From: Candidatus Pacearchaeota archaeon
GTDB lineage: Archaea > Nanobdellota > Nanobdellia > Pacearchaeales > GW2011-AR1
Direction of reading: 5' to 3'
DNA length: 64,000 nt
Assembly (NCBI GenBank): GCA_018221305.1
Contig: JAAOYK010000056.1
Span: 26,863 to 90,862 of the forward strand
The translations under genes were made by a program, and so were the position numbers. Each line of letters begins with the position of its first letter. The first letter of the stretch is position 1. The notes under the pieces are model-generated. The model was given only the letters and a program-made list of their open reading frames with translations. It was not told the origin of the DNA and ran no database searches. Shown here one piece after another: positions 8,895 through 18,469 of the stretch.

Positions 8895-10337
8895 ATGGAT
8901 CCACTAAAAATTGCTATTGTTGATGATAAAGTTGAATACGCAGAAAAATTGCGAAAAGAATTAAGACGTTCTACTGGTATTCTTGACAAATTTAAGATTA
9001 ATTATCAGATTTGGGATTCTTCTTATGAGTCTTTGGATGCACGAGATTTTGTACGAACTAAACCTGATGTTCTCTTACTTAACGAAAATGTTTCTAATAG
9101 GTGTGGGTTTGAAATTTGTAGAGAGATTAAAAAAATGAGTCCATTTACGTCTGTGATTTTAACCTCAGGAACTCCGGCATTTAGAAGTTATCGGCAATTA
9201 CGAGATGCCCTAAATCAAGATGATGTGCCTTTGGATGGTATTATTGATGAAGGTTTGACTGTAACAAAAAAACAAAGAGTGTTGAGATCAAATTTGCGTA
9301 AACCATTAAACCTTGCAGTTTTAGGGTTAGGATATTTGGGTGTTGGGTTTATGCAAAACTTTTTAGAAATGCCTGAGGTTGCAAAAGTTAATGGTTTTAG
9401 TGAAAGAGAAAAAACGCCTGGAGAGGGGATTGTTGATTATGATAGTGTTTATAAATTATTAGAAGTCTTAGACCAAGGATATGGCCAGAATGATAAGCTT
9501 AATTTGTTGAATAGTTTAGAAGAGGCTGTAAGTAATACTGATGCCGTAGTTATTGCTACTTCTGCTATACATGGATCGAGTCTTGGTAAGGTTGCTAAGA
9601 CCCCTCATCGAATGGATTTAATAGACGTTGAAGGGGACAAAATTTCAAGATATTGTCAATTGCTCCATGATGTTGGATATAATGGTCTTGTTACTATTTT
9701 TACAAATCCTGTTGGGGGTAATTTAACTTTAGGGCGAAAAGTAGGGCTTGAATGTGGGCAATTAACATCTTCTATAAATATTGATGAAGAAAGATTACAT
9801 ACTGCTGCAAAAGCGGTTTTAGGTAATAATTTTGACGGGTTTTTTAAGAAGTTTTATCAAATTGTTGGGGATCATGGGGATGCGCATCTTGCACAGTTGC
9901 ATGGTGGTTATGATGATATACAACGCTTTACTGCTGATTATCGTCGTGTTAAGGATGCTATTAATGATGTTCTTTTGCAGGCGCGCCAGATGGCTCCTGA
10001 TTCTATGAAAGCGTCTAGTGATACTGGCATGCCTTATTATAAGTCTCAGCTGCATGGTTCAAAAATGTTTGCCAAACTTGCACGGTTTGGTTTTAATGGT
10101 ATTGATAGCGCGTATTGTTATGCTAATATCGGTGATCAAAAAGGATATTTAGCACTTCCTGTCAAAGTTGATTATTATCCTGAAATAAGATTTTATCCTG
10201 ATTCAGAGGTTATTAATGATTTGGATGGATCAACTATTCAAGGGCTTGAAGATCGGCTGAAATTTCAAGGATTATATGTTGAAAATTTTTTAAGGCATAG
10301 GGAGAAAAATGAAAGAAAAAATCATGCAAGTGTTTAA
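8895..10337 (+). CDS. fusion of a degenerate response-regulator receiver (REC) domain to an L-lactate/malate dehydrogenase-like NAD-binding domain
   Basis: N-terminus KIAIVDDK...DVLLLNENV is CheY-like, but the phospho-acceptor position is Asn rather than Asp. C-terminal part has LAVLGLGYLGVGF (GxGxxG), FTNPVGG (compare TNPVD) and IVGDHGDAHLAQ (compare GEHGDS), which are LDH/MDH signatures. Confidence 0.5.
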   Translation: MDPLKIAIVDDKVEYAEKLRKELRRSTGILDKFKINYQIWDSSYESLDARDFVRTKPDVLLLNENVSNRCGFEICREIKKMSPFTSVILTSGTPAFRSYRQLRDALNQDDVPLDGIIDEGLTVTKKQRVLRSNLRKPLNLAVLGLGYLGVGFMQNFLEMPEVAKVNGFSEREKTPGEGIVDYDSVYKLLEVLDQGYGQNDKLNLLNSLEEAVSNTDAVVIATSAIHGSSLGKVAKTPHRMDLIDVEGDKISRYCQLLHDVGYNGLVTIFTNPVGGNLTLGRKVGLECGQLTSSINIDEERLHTAAKAVLGNNFDGFFKKFYQIVGDHGDAHLAQLHGGYDDIQRFTADYRRVKDAINDVLLQARQMAPDSMKASSDTGMPYYKSQLHGSKMFAKLARFGFNGIDSAYCYANIGDQKGYLALPVKVDYYPEIRFYPDSEVINDLDGSTIQGLEDRLKFQGLYVENFLRHREKNERKNHASV

Positions 10338-11046
10338 GTCGATTGGCTTGGCAAAAAATGAAATTAAGGTTTATTTAGACCTAGTCCAGTATGGGCTTTC
10401 ATCAGCCTTAGAAATCTCTAGACGGATAGGGATACATCGACCAAATACTTATGACGCACTACGCGGATTGATTGAAAAAGGATTTATTACAGAAACTGTT
10501 AAAGAAAATAGGAAATGTTTTGTTGCTGTTAATCCTGAAAGGATTACTGAATATGTTATGCAAAAAAAGCATGATGTTGAAGAAGTTATTCCGTATTTAA
10601 AGGATTTTACAAAAAAGATTGAAGGTGATGAAGAAGTTTATATTACAAAAGGTGTATATGCTTTTAGAAATGCATTGATAAGTTTATTAGAACTTAATAA
10701 GCCTATAAATATTTCAGGAATTCCTATTGGGTCTCATGATGTCTTAGGTGATGGGTTCTTGGCTGATTTTCATGATCGACGAATAAAGAAAAAGATTTTA
10801 ATGAGGCATATCTATAATAGGGAAGCAACAGATAGGGTAAAAGAATTGAATAAATTGCCTTATACTGAAGCAAAGCATTTAGCACGAAAGTATGATGCTG
10901 ATGTTAGCATAAATATTTGCGGAAATGTGGTTTTAATGGTTATCTTTAGTAATCCTATATCTATTATAGAAATTAAAAACAAAGAAATTGCTGCTACCTA
11001 TAATAAGTATTTCGAGATTCTATGGAAGCATGCGAAAAGTGCATAA
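10324..11046 (+). CDS. TrmB-family transcriptional regulator
   Basis: N-terminal HTH LAKNEIKVYLDLVQYGLSSALEISRRIGIHRPNTYDALRGLIEKGFI is typical of TrmB. The track ORF starts at 10309; the start was moved to MQVF. It overlaps the end of the upstream gene. Confidence 0.55.
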   Translation: MQVFKSIGLAKNEIKVYLDLVQYGLSSALEISRRIGIHRPNTYDALRGLIEKGFITETVKENRKCFVAVNPERITEYVMQKKHDVEEVIPYLKDFTKKIEGDEEVYITKGVYAFRNALISLLELNKPINISGIPIGSHDVLGDGFLADFHDRRIKKKILMRHIYNREATDRVKELNKLPYTEAKHLARKYDADVSINICGNVVLMVIFSNPISIIEIKNKEIAATYNKYFEILWKHAKSA

Positions 11047-11152
11047 TTTTATGTTACTATCCCAAAAGGGTAACTTGGTTGTCTAGAAAAATACTACCTT
11101 GCTTTTTATACAAATTTTTCTTAATATATTTATAATTTCGGAGGATTATAAA

Positions 11153-11491
11153 ATGATAGATGACATGTGTATAAGTTGTTCAGAACCAATAACAAATCCT
11201 ATTTGCTATAGGTGCTTTTTAAAGCAGATACACTTATGGCTTTATGACAAAAATTTTGAAAAAGATGTAATTAATGAAATATTGCGTGAGGTGCGCAAGG
11301 AAGTTTTTGTTGACTCATTGAGTGAGACGTGCTGTATACTCTGCGATGACGAGTATGTCGCGGTTTGCTCATATTGTGTGTTTTTTCGGGCAGCTAATGT
11401 TTTGAAACGGTTTGGCGTGAATAATGAACTTCTTGAAGATTTTTTAGAAATCTTTAATTATCAGCTAGGTCATGCCTCATACCATTTGTAG
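11153..11491 (+). CDS. Cys-rich hypothetical protein, putative zinc-binding
   Basis: Motifs CISC...CYRC...CCILC...CSYC. Likely start is MIDDMC inside the longer track ORF. Confidence 0.35.
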   Translation: MIDDMCISCSEPITNPICYRCFLKQIHLWLYDKNFEKDVINEILREVRKEVFVDSLSETCCILCDDEYVAVCSYCVFFRAANVLKRFGVNNELLEDFLEIFNYQLGHASYHL

Positions 11492-11493
11492 GT

Positions 11494-11530
11494 TTTTTTC
11501 TTTTTTTTTTCTTTTTTTTCTTTTTTATCA
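11494..11530 (+). terminator. oligo-T tracts (archaeal-type terminator candidate)
   Basis: tttttttctttttttttttcttttttttcttttttatc lies immediately after the stop codon. Confidence 0.35.
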
Positions 11531-11629
11531 GAATCAAAAAATTTATAACTATCTTTTTATTATATATAATATAAAATAGTTATTAAAACTAGAAATGTAT
11601 GAAAGGAGGTAGAAGTTTTAAAGCATAAA

Positions 11630-11896
11630 ATGGCACGGAAAAAAGTAGTTAAGAAAGCTACAAAAAAGAGCGCACCACCAAAGCGTCTTAGAAGTGATAA
11701 GCACTTTATTGCTAAATTATTAAGATTAGTTGTCTGGATTACCGGCGTATTAGTCTCATTAGCTGTAGGGTCTGGAATGATTAAAGGAATATTGTATATT
11801 CCATATATTCATGCAACTGTAACTTGGTTAGCTGGATGGGCAGTCATACTTTTGACACTAAGTGGGGTTATTTTAGCAATCTTGCATAGGTTGTAA
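11630..11896 (+). CDS. small membrane protein with a Lys-rich N-terminal tail (MARKKVVKKATKK)
   Basis: Basic tail plus 2 TM helices. A similar MARKKVSKKKTKR N-terminus occurs on 50005..50391. Confidence 0.4.
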   Translation: MARKKVVKKATKKSAPPKRLRSDKHFIAKLLRLVVWITGVLVSLAVGSGMIKGILYIPYIHATVTWLAGWAVILLTLSGVILAILHRL

Positions 11897-11930
11897 TTTT
11901 TTTTATTTTTTTATTTTTTTTATTTTAGGG
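11897..11930 (+). terminator. tandem T8-9 A tracts (ttttttttattttttttatttttttttatttt)
   Basis: Directly after the stop of the upstream gene. A T-rich archaeal terminator candidate. Confidence 0.35.
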
Positions 11931-11982
11931 TGTTTCTTGAACTTATCGAAAGGTATTTAAATGAAAACATCTATCTTTTAGA

Positions 11983-13194
11983 ATGAAAAGAGGATTGGTG
12001 TTAGGATTACTTGTTGGGATTTTTATGTTTAGTTTAGTTGGCGGAGTTTTTGCTGCTATGGAGCCTTCTGAATATAACCCTATTAATGAAGATGCTGCTA
12101 ATATTCTATCTGGGAGAATAAAAGAAGTTAGCACTCTTGGTGATGCAGGATCTTTTAATACTACTGGATGTTTTGAAAATCGGATGTTTGTAGTTGGAAT
12201 CGTTGAGGTTTTTAAGTCTGAAGATGGCTTGGAAGTAGGCGGCGATATTAATGTGGAGTTTGTTCATCAAGTAGTGCCTATTGTTGAAAAATGTGCTGTT
12301 GTTGGTGGGCGTTTTGCAGATGTTCAAGCAGGGGATGCTGTTAAAATTTATGTTAATAAGAGCGGTGAAAATTATGCTTTTGTTGTAGGGGGCTATTCTC
12401 TTGAACCGACTATTTTAGATGACGCTGAATGTACAATAGACAGTGATTGTTATCCTGATGATTTTGAGCCTGCAGACTGTGGTAATTTTTATAATTGTGC
12501 TGAAGGTGCTTGTATTGTGGGGTCTACTGCGTGTGCAAATGACACTGATGATAATAATGACTCTGAAAAACCTGATAAATTAAAATGTGATGGATTGGCA
12601 ATGAAACGGTGCAGATTACGTAAAAATTGTTATTATAATCCTCTTGATGAAAAATGTTATGATCTAAATATTGATGATATAAAAAATAGATTTCGTGACA
12701 AAATTGGTAAGGTTGTGAAACCGCATGTTGCTGAGTATCTTGATTCTTTAGAATGTCCTGAAAATTGTAAGTGTACTGGTAGTGTGATAAAATGTGAGAC
12801 TGCAAACGGCCGAGAAATGACTATTATTGCAGGACGTTCTGGTAATGTTATTTTCCAGGTTAAAGGGGTTAATGCAACAACACGTGTTGAGATAATTAGA
12901 AACGGTAGTGAGTTTATTGGAAATTTTTCTGGAAGAATGAAGCGGATTAAAATAATGCCGGATCAGGTTAAGAACAAGACCTTGAAACGGCTTAAGATGA
13001 AGAATTGTACTGAGTGCGATGTTGAATTATTAGAAGATGGATCTTATGAAATGAAAACAAAAAGAAAGTATAGAGTTTTTGGTATTTTTCCTGCAAAGAA
13101 AACTATTGTAACAAGAATTGATAGTGAAAGTGGAGAAATTATTAGCGAGAAAAGGCCGTGGTGGCGGATTATTTCTTGGAAGAGTTCAAAATAA
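11983..13194 (+). CDS. secreted Cys-rich surface protein with a signal peptide and many N-glycosylation sequons
   Basis: MKRGLVLGLLVGIFMFSLVGGVFA signal. More than 20 Cys in clustered CxxC/CxC patterns and many NxT/NxS sequons. Confidence 0.5.
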   Translation: MKRGLVLGLLVGIFMFSLVGGVFAAMEPSEYNPINEDAANILSGRIKEVSTLGDAGSFNTTGCFENRMFVVGIVEVFKSEDGLEVGGDINVEFVHQVVPIVEKCAVVGGRFADVQAGDAVKIYVNKSGENYAFVVGGYSLEPTILDDAECTIDSDCYPDDFEPADCGNFYNCAEGACIVGSTACANDTDDNNDSEKPDKLKCDGLAMKRCRLRKNCYYNPLDEKCYDLNIDDIKNRFRDKIGKVVKPHVAEYLDSLECPENCKCTGSVIKCETANGREMTIIAGRSGNVIFQVKGVNATTRVEIIRNGSEFIGNFSGRMKRIKIMPDQVKNKTLKRLKMKNCTECDVELLEDGSYEMKTKRKYRVFGIFPAKKTIVTRIDSESGEIISEKRPWWRIISWKSSK

Positions 13195-13217
13195 TATTTA
13201 GATAATCTTTTAAAGTT

Positions 13218-15824
13218 TTGTTTCTAGAATATTTTATGGATTGGCATGCATTATCATCAAAAGAGGTCGTAGAGAGGCTTGACACGTCTACAAAAGGGCT
13301 TGAAAAAGAAAAAGCTGGTGAAAAGTTAAATGAGTATGGATTAAATCGGATAAAAAAGACTCGTAAGTTTAGTGCTTTAAAGGTCTTGTTTGATCAGTTT
13401 AAATCTTTTCTAATTATCATATTGATCCTTGCTGCTATTGTTTTATTTTTTATTGATTCACAAATAGATGCGATTGTTATTATGGGTATTGTTATTCTGA
13501 ATGCATTACTCGGGTTTTCGCAAGAGTATAAGGCTGATAGGGCTATAGAACAGCTAAAGAAGATGATGACCCCTGTTGCTAAAGTTATGCGAGGGGGTAA
13601 GGTGATGAAAATAAATTCTGAACAAATTGTCCCAGGCGATATTCTTATCTTAGAGGAAGGTGACAAAATTGTTGCTGATGCTCGAGTATTGGTGTCTGAT
13701 GGTTTAAAAGTTAATGAGTCTGCATTGACTGGTGAAAGTGTTTCTCAGGCAAAACATTGTTCGCGATTAGGTTTGTCTTTAGCATTAGCAGATAGAATCA
13801 ATATGGTTTATCAAGGCACTCAAGTTGTTGAAGGCGGGGCAGAGGTTGTGGTTGTTAGTACTGGGATGCAAACAGAACTTGGGAAAATTTCAGGCCTTGT
13901 TCAAGAGATAAAGGCTGAAAAAAATCCGTTTAAAGATAACTTGGATCGTTTTGCAAAAAAGGTTGGAATTTTTATTTTGATCCTTGCTGCTGGAATAATT
14001 AGTTTAATGATGTTTAAACAGTCTGCAGAGCTTGTTGAAGCATTTTTGGTTGGGGTGAGTTTGGCAGTTTCTGCGATCCCTGAAGGGCTTCCTGCAGTTA
14101 TTTCTTTGGGCTTAGTTTTTGCAACAAAGCGTATGATTAAGAAAAATGTATTAGTTAGAAAACTTCCTGCAAGTGAAACTTTGGGGCGAGTGACTGTTAT
14201 TTGCACTGATAAGACTGGGACACTTACTGAAGAAGAGATGAAAGTGACGCGCATTTATGCAAATGGAAAAGATAATCCTGTTAAGGGTAAGGATTTGCTC
14301 TTAAAAATTGGAGTATTATGTAATAAGGCAAGGCTTGAAAAAGATGATTCTGGTAATGAATATACTTTAGGCGATCCTACTGAAATTGCGTTAGTGCTTT
14401 CTGCAAAAGATAGTTTTTTGGATAAAGCTCAATTGGAAAAACAAGAGTCAAAGATTAAGGAATTTCCGTTTAATTCAGAACGTAAAATGATGTCTGTTGT
14501 CCGTAGAAGTAAGGGTAAGGTTATATCTTATGTTAAGGGAGCACCAGAGCGTGTTATTGAGAGGTGTAGCTATGAATTAATTAATGGTAAGAAAGTAAAA
14601 TTAAATGATGCTTCAATAAAGAGGATAACTGGTAAGTATGAAGATATGGCTAAACAAGGGCTTCGGGTATTGGGTTTTGCATATAAGAAGTTATCATCAG
14701 ATAAAAATCTTTCACAAGATTTAGCAGAAAATAAGCTTGTTTTTGTTGGTTTTCAGGGGATGATTGATCCTCCAAGAAAGGAAGTAAAAAATTCTATAAA
14801 ATTGTGTAAGCGAGCAGGTATTAAGGTCTTAATGATTACTGGTGACTCTAATTTGACTGCGAACGCTGTTGCTAAACAAATCGGCCTTACTGGTGAGTCT
14901 GTTGATTCAATAGAATTACAAAATATGAGTGATAAGGATCTGCTCTCGCGTATAGATAAAATTAGTGTGTTTTCTCGTATTTCTCCAAAAGATAAACTTA
15001 GAATAATTGATATTTTGAAGCAGAAAAAGGAAATTGTTGCAATGACTGGGGATGGTGTTAATGATGCATTAGCATTAAAACGTGCAGATATTGGTATTGC
15101 AATGGGGATTCGTGGGACTGATGTTGCCCGGGACTCTTCAGACATCATACTTCTTGATGATAACTTTGCCTCAATTGTTGAAGGTGTGAAAGAAGGGAGA
15201 CGTATTTATGATAATATTAAAAAGTTTATAAAATATTTATTTTCTGCTAACTTTTATGAAGTTTTCTTGGTTGCTATTGCAATACTTATTGGGTATCCTC
15301 TACCCTTGCTGCCGCTGCAAATTTTATGGATTAATCTTGCTACAGACAGTTTTCCTGCACTGTCTTTAAGTGCTGAAGAATTAGAAAAAGATGCAATGAA
15401 ACGAAAGCCAAGAAAAGGTAGTCTTTTAGCAAGAACTGGTGGTTTTATTATGCTGGCTGGAATTGTAGGATTAATTATTACTCTTATTATGTTTTTGACA
15501 ACTTATGATAAGGCAAATCCCGATAGCTTAGCACGAGCACAAACAATTACATTAACAACGTCTGTGATTTATCAAATGTTTTTGGTTATTAATTGTAAAT
15601 CTAAGAAATTCTTTTTTAAGTCTAAATTTAATAAGTATCTCTTTTATTCAATAGTTGGTGTAATAATCGCACAATTCGTAGTGATATATTATGGGCCTGT
15701 TGCTGCACTGTTTTCATTTGTTCCTTTGACTTTGGTTGAATGGGGAAAAATTGTAGGGATTACTTTTGCAGCTTTTGTATTTATTGAACTAACTAAACCG
15801 ATTTTAAAGGGGGCACATAAATAA
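13218..15824 (+). CDS. P-type cation-transporting ATPase (P2A/SERCA-like Ca2+ pump)
   Basis: Has ICTDKTGTLT (DKTGT phosphorylation site), MITGD, VAMTGDGVNDALAL and TM segments typical of P2-type ATPases. Confidence 0.9.
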   Translation: MFLEYFMDWHALSSKEVVERLDTSTKGLEKEKAGEKLNEYGLNRIKKTRKFSALKVLFDQFKSFLIIILILAAIVLFFIDSQIDAIVIMGIVILNALLGFSQEYKADRAIEQLKKMMTPVAKVMRGGKVMKINSEQIVPGDILILEEGDKIVADARVLVSDGLKVNESALTGESVSQAKHCSRLGLSLALADRINMVYQGTQVVEGGAEVVVVSTGMQTELGKISGLVQEIKAEKNPFKDNLDRFAKKVGIFILILAAGIISLMMFKQSAELVEAFLVGVSLAVSAIPEGLPAVISLGLVFATKRMIKKNVLVRKLPASETLGRVTVICTDKTGTLTEEEMKVTRIYANGKDNPVKGKDLLLKIGVLCNKARLEKDDSGNEYTLGDPTEIALVLSAKDSFLDKAQLEKQESKIKEFPFNSERKMMSVVRRSKGKVISYVKGAPERVIERCSYELINGKKVKLNDASIKRITGKYEDMAKQGLRVLGFAYKKLSSDKNLSQDLAENKLVFVGFQGMIDPPRKEVKNSIKLCKRAGIKVLMITGDSNLTANAVAKQIGLTGESVDSIELQNMSDKDLLSRIDKISVFSRISPKDKLRIIDILKQKKEIVAMTGDGVNDALALKRADIGIAMGIRGTDVARDSSDIILLDDNFASIVEGVKEGRRIYDNIKKFIKYLFSANFYEVFLVAIAILIGYPLPLLPLQILWINLATDSFPALSLSAEELEKDAMKRKPRKGSLLARTGGFIMLAGIVGLIITLIMFLTTYDKANPDSLARAQTITLTTSVIYQMFLVINCKSKKFFFKSKFNKYLFYSIVGVIIAQFVVIYYGPVAALFSFVPLTLVEWGKIVGITFAAFVFIELTKPILKGAHK

Positions 15825-15897
15825 TGGCCCAAAAAGCTTTTATATCCTGATAATCTTAGTATCTTGTTAAGGGAGGAAATGGTTAAGAGCTGAAAAA

Positions 15898-16224
15898 ATG
15901 ATTAATTGGATAATTGTTGCAGTATTTTTAATTGGAATACTTTTTTTTATGAGAATGAACCATTTAAAGCATAGGTATACTATTATCTTCCTTATATTGC
16001 TAGCGTTATTTCTATATGCAACAATTTCTGTTGTAAATAGTCGGAATGAATTTGATCTTACTACTACTAAGGGTTCGTTAAATGCAGTAAAGGTGTATCT
16101 AGGGTGGCTTGGCCACGGTTTTCAGAATTTGAAAGCATTAACTGGGAATGCGATTAAGATGGATTGGACTAATACTAATGGGACCTTTTTTAATAAGACT
16201 GACATTAACCCTCAAGTTAAATAG
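15898..16224 (+). CDS. hypothetical membrane protein
   Basis: Two N-terminal TM helices followed by a soluble tail. Confidence 0.35.
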   Translation: MINWIIVAVFLIGILFFMRMNHLKHRYTIIFLILLALFLYATISVVNSRNEFDLTTTKGSLNAVKVYLGWLGHGFQNLKALTGNAIKMDWTNTNGTFFNKTDINPQVK

Positions 16225-16227
16225 CAT

Positions 16228-16440
16228 TTGTATAAAATGAAAACTGTAATGATTTTGGTGATGTTTTTATTGATTGGGGCTTTTTTTATTATTTCTAATG
16301 AAAATCTTTTACTTAAGGATAAGGAAAGTCTTGATACTTTTTTTGTGAGTTATACGCAGTGGCTTGATCAATTGTTAGGGAACGGAAAAACTTTTGCAGG
16401 GTATGTTGTAAAAATGCAGTGGTTACCTGAAGAAAGTTAG
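16228..16440 (+). CDS. hypothetical small membrane protein
   Basis: 70 aa with an N-terminal TM helix, 4 nt after the previous ORF. Confidence 0.3.
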   Translation: MYKMKTVMILVMFLLIGAFFIISNENLLLKDKESLDTFFVSYTQWLDQLLGNGKTFAGYVVKMQWLPEES

Positions 16441-16444
16441 ATTT

Positions 16445-17077
16445 TTAACAAACTTCAATGATTGGGGCAAGAAGTTTTTTGTATGAACATTCGATTGTTT
16501 TGTCAGCAATTTCCCCGTAAACTTGAAAACTTGTTGCTAGTGGCTGTATTTCATTGGCTTCTAGGTATACTTCTTCAGATGTGCTGTCAATCTCTGATGA
16601 ATTTTCTTTATTAATTATTAAAAAACCAATCTCAAAGTTTCCTCCAGTTTCTCCCCAATTTTGTACTGTAAGTGAGCAAGAGATTTCTTTATCAATGCAC
16701 TGGCTTTGGTTATATTCATTACATATTGTGTTTTGCACAAAATTGCCTAAAATGTATGGATTTCGTTTGTAAATGCATCCTGGTTGGGTGATTGGGGTTT
16801 CTCCGTCACCTCCTGCGCCGCCGCCACCACCACCGCCTGCGCCGCCGGTGCTAGGTTTTGTAGTTCCAAGTTCTCCTAAATTTTCTGGATCAATTCCGTC
16901 TCCGGCAGTAATTTCATCAAAATATTCTGGACTTTGTGGCTTAAATATTGTTTTAAGTATTGGAACTTCTGATAAAGACCTTCGTAGTTTTTTGTTTGAT
17001 AATATGTTAATAGTTAAAGTCATTGAAATTAAAAGAATGCTAACAGCAACGATAATTATTTTACTTCCTTTTTCCAT
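16445..17077 (-). CDS. membrane-anchored secreted protein with a poly-Gly linker and Cys-rich domain
   Basis: N-terminal TM, then GGAGGGGGGGAGGDGE linker and a C-terminal domain with 6 Cys. Confidence 0.4.
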   Translation of the reverse strand: MEKGSKIIIVAVSILLISMTLTINILSNKKLRRSLSEVPILKTIFKPQSPEYFDEITAGDGIDPENLGELGTTKPSTGGAGGGGGGGAGGDGETPITQPGCIYKRNPYILGNFVQNTICNEYNQSQCIDKEISCSLTVQNWGETGGNFEIGFLIINKENSSEIDSTSEEVYLEANEIQPLATSFQVYGEIADKTIECSYKKLLAPIIEVC

Positions 17078-17120
17078 GATTGTTGAATGTTTTTTATGTT
17101 TATAAACATTTCAATAATCT

Positions 17121-17129
17121 TTTTAAAAT
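17121..17129 (+). promoter_or_regulatory. TATA-box-like ttttaaaat about 27-35 nt upstream of tRNA-Thr
   Basis: Position and sequence are consistent with the other tRNA upstream boxes. Confidence 0.3.
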
Positions 17130-17155
17130 GAGATGTTCTAACTTAATTGATATGC

Positions 17156-17282
17156 GCCGCAGTAGCTCAGTTTTGGTTAGAGCGCGTCATTGGTAATCTA
17201 AAGATCTTAATTGATTTTTATCTTTTAAGATTCATAGAATCTAAAAATGACGAGGTCCCGGGTTCGAGCCCCGGCTGTGGCT
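17156..17282 (+). tRNA. tRNA-Thr (anticodon GGT) with a ~51-nt intron at the canonical 37/38 position
   Basis: Acceptor GCCGCAG/CTGTGGC, D-arm GCTC..GAGC, anticodon stem CGTCA...TGACG. The loop TTGGTA is followed by an AT-rich insert (17196-17246) before A38. T-arm CCGGGTTCGAGCCCCGG. Confidence 0.7.
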
Positions 17283-17295
17283 TTGTATCTTCTTA

Positions 17296-17700
17296 ATGAG
17301 CATAATCTTTAAAAATAATAGATTAATAGTATTTTCATCCTATTTTAGGAAAAAAAGTTCTGATAAAATTAATATGGTAATAGACAAGAAAGTTGAAGTT
17401 GATGGTGAGCAAGTCTTTGATAATAAACATATCTGGGTTGTTATAGATGGTCAAAAAGATTGGGCTAATAAGGATGCAGGTGGGCATGGGTTTATTTATA
17501 GAAATTTTATCGGAGCTTCTAAATCAAAAGCAAATGCTTTAGAACAAGCTTATAGAAAAATGGATTTTATTGGTGGGGATTTCACATTAAAAAATCAGAC
17601 TGATTGTTTTGTTCAGTATGAAGGAGAGGTACGTAACTATTATGTTTCGATAATGAAATATGATCTAGATGGCCCAAGTGTTTTTGATATGAACCATTAA
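17296..17700 (+). CDS. hypothetical protein
   Basis: The true start may be MVIDKK at 17374. No motif recognised. Confidence 0.35.
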   Translation: MSIIFKNNRLIVFSSYFRKKSSDKINMVIDKKVEVDGEQVFDNKHIWVVIDGQKDWANKDAGGHGFIYRNFIGASKSKANALEQAYRKMDFIGGDFTLKNQTDCFVQYEGEVRNYYVSIMKYDLDGPSVFDMNH

Positions 17701-17795
17701 AAAAGTCATTTTAGGTTGTTTTTGTCCTTTTTTATACAACTATTGTATTTATAGAAAAAGTTCTTATATTCTAAGTATGTATCTTCTTTTGTAAA

Positions 17796-17984
17796 ATGGA
17801 ACGCATTTTTACCTTTGATGAAGGTGATTATCTAGTTGAAACTTTAGGTCTTTATGATAATGATGATAGTGATATTGATGTGGGCAATGAAGAAGGGGAT
17901 GATGGGTCTTTTAGTGAATTAATAATACCAATATTTCCAGACTCTGAGTATGTTTGCTATAAAAAAGAAGGATTTGTTATATAA
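17796..17984 (+). CDS. small acidic hypothetical protein
   Basis: 62 aa, D/E-rich. Confidence 0.25.
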   Translation: MERIFTFDEGDYLVETLGLYDNDDSDIDVGNEEGDDGSFSELIIPIFPDSEYVCYKKEGFVI

Positions 17985-18212
17985 ACATCTAAAAGTTTAA
18001 ATTGACGTGTTTGTATTATTTGGTTATGAAAAATAATATAAAATTTGTTGATGTTAAAGAAAAGAAGATTATATCTACGAAAAACGCATGTGAAAAAGTC
18101 ATGGATTATATTGATGAATGTGGTAAAGATTCTTTAAAGCCAAAAAGTGATGAAAACCGCAATTCTGAATAATTTTTGCAAATAGGTTTATAAAGATTAA
18201 CAAATATCTTTT

Positions 18213-18428
18213 TTGATGGCTACTAGAAATCTGATCAGATATGAATTTTTTGTAATAGTTGGGTTGTTAATGGTTTTTGGGACCTTAATAAAACTTTTAA
18301 AAATAATTGATTTTTCATCGGACTGGTTCTGGTTTTTGGCCGGAGTTGGCTTAATTGTCGAGGGTGTTATCTCTCTTGTAAAACAAAAAAAGTTTGAACG
18401 CAAATATAAGATAATCGAAAGAATATAA
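18213..18428 (+). CDS. small two-TM membrane protein
   Basis: 71 aa with two hydrophobic helices. Confidence 0.3.
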   Translation: MMATRNLIRYEFFVIVGLLMVFGTLIKLLKIIDFSSDWFWFLAGVGLIVEGVISLVKQKKFERKYKIIERI

Positions 18429-18469
18429 TGATTCATTAATTTTATAAAGCATATGTTTCTAGCTTTTTT

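Noticed and set aside
11491-11600. Possible CRISPR-like or tandem repeat
   Set aside because: Only homopolymeric T tracts, with no repeat-spacer periodicity. No CRISPR array anywhere in the window.
13394-15148. Several 90-130-aa minus-strand ORFs inside the P-type ATPase gene
   Set aside because: They are antisense to an unambiguous 868-aa ATPase and are low-complexity hydrophobic translations.
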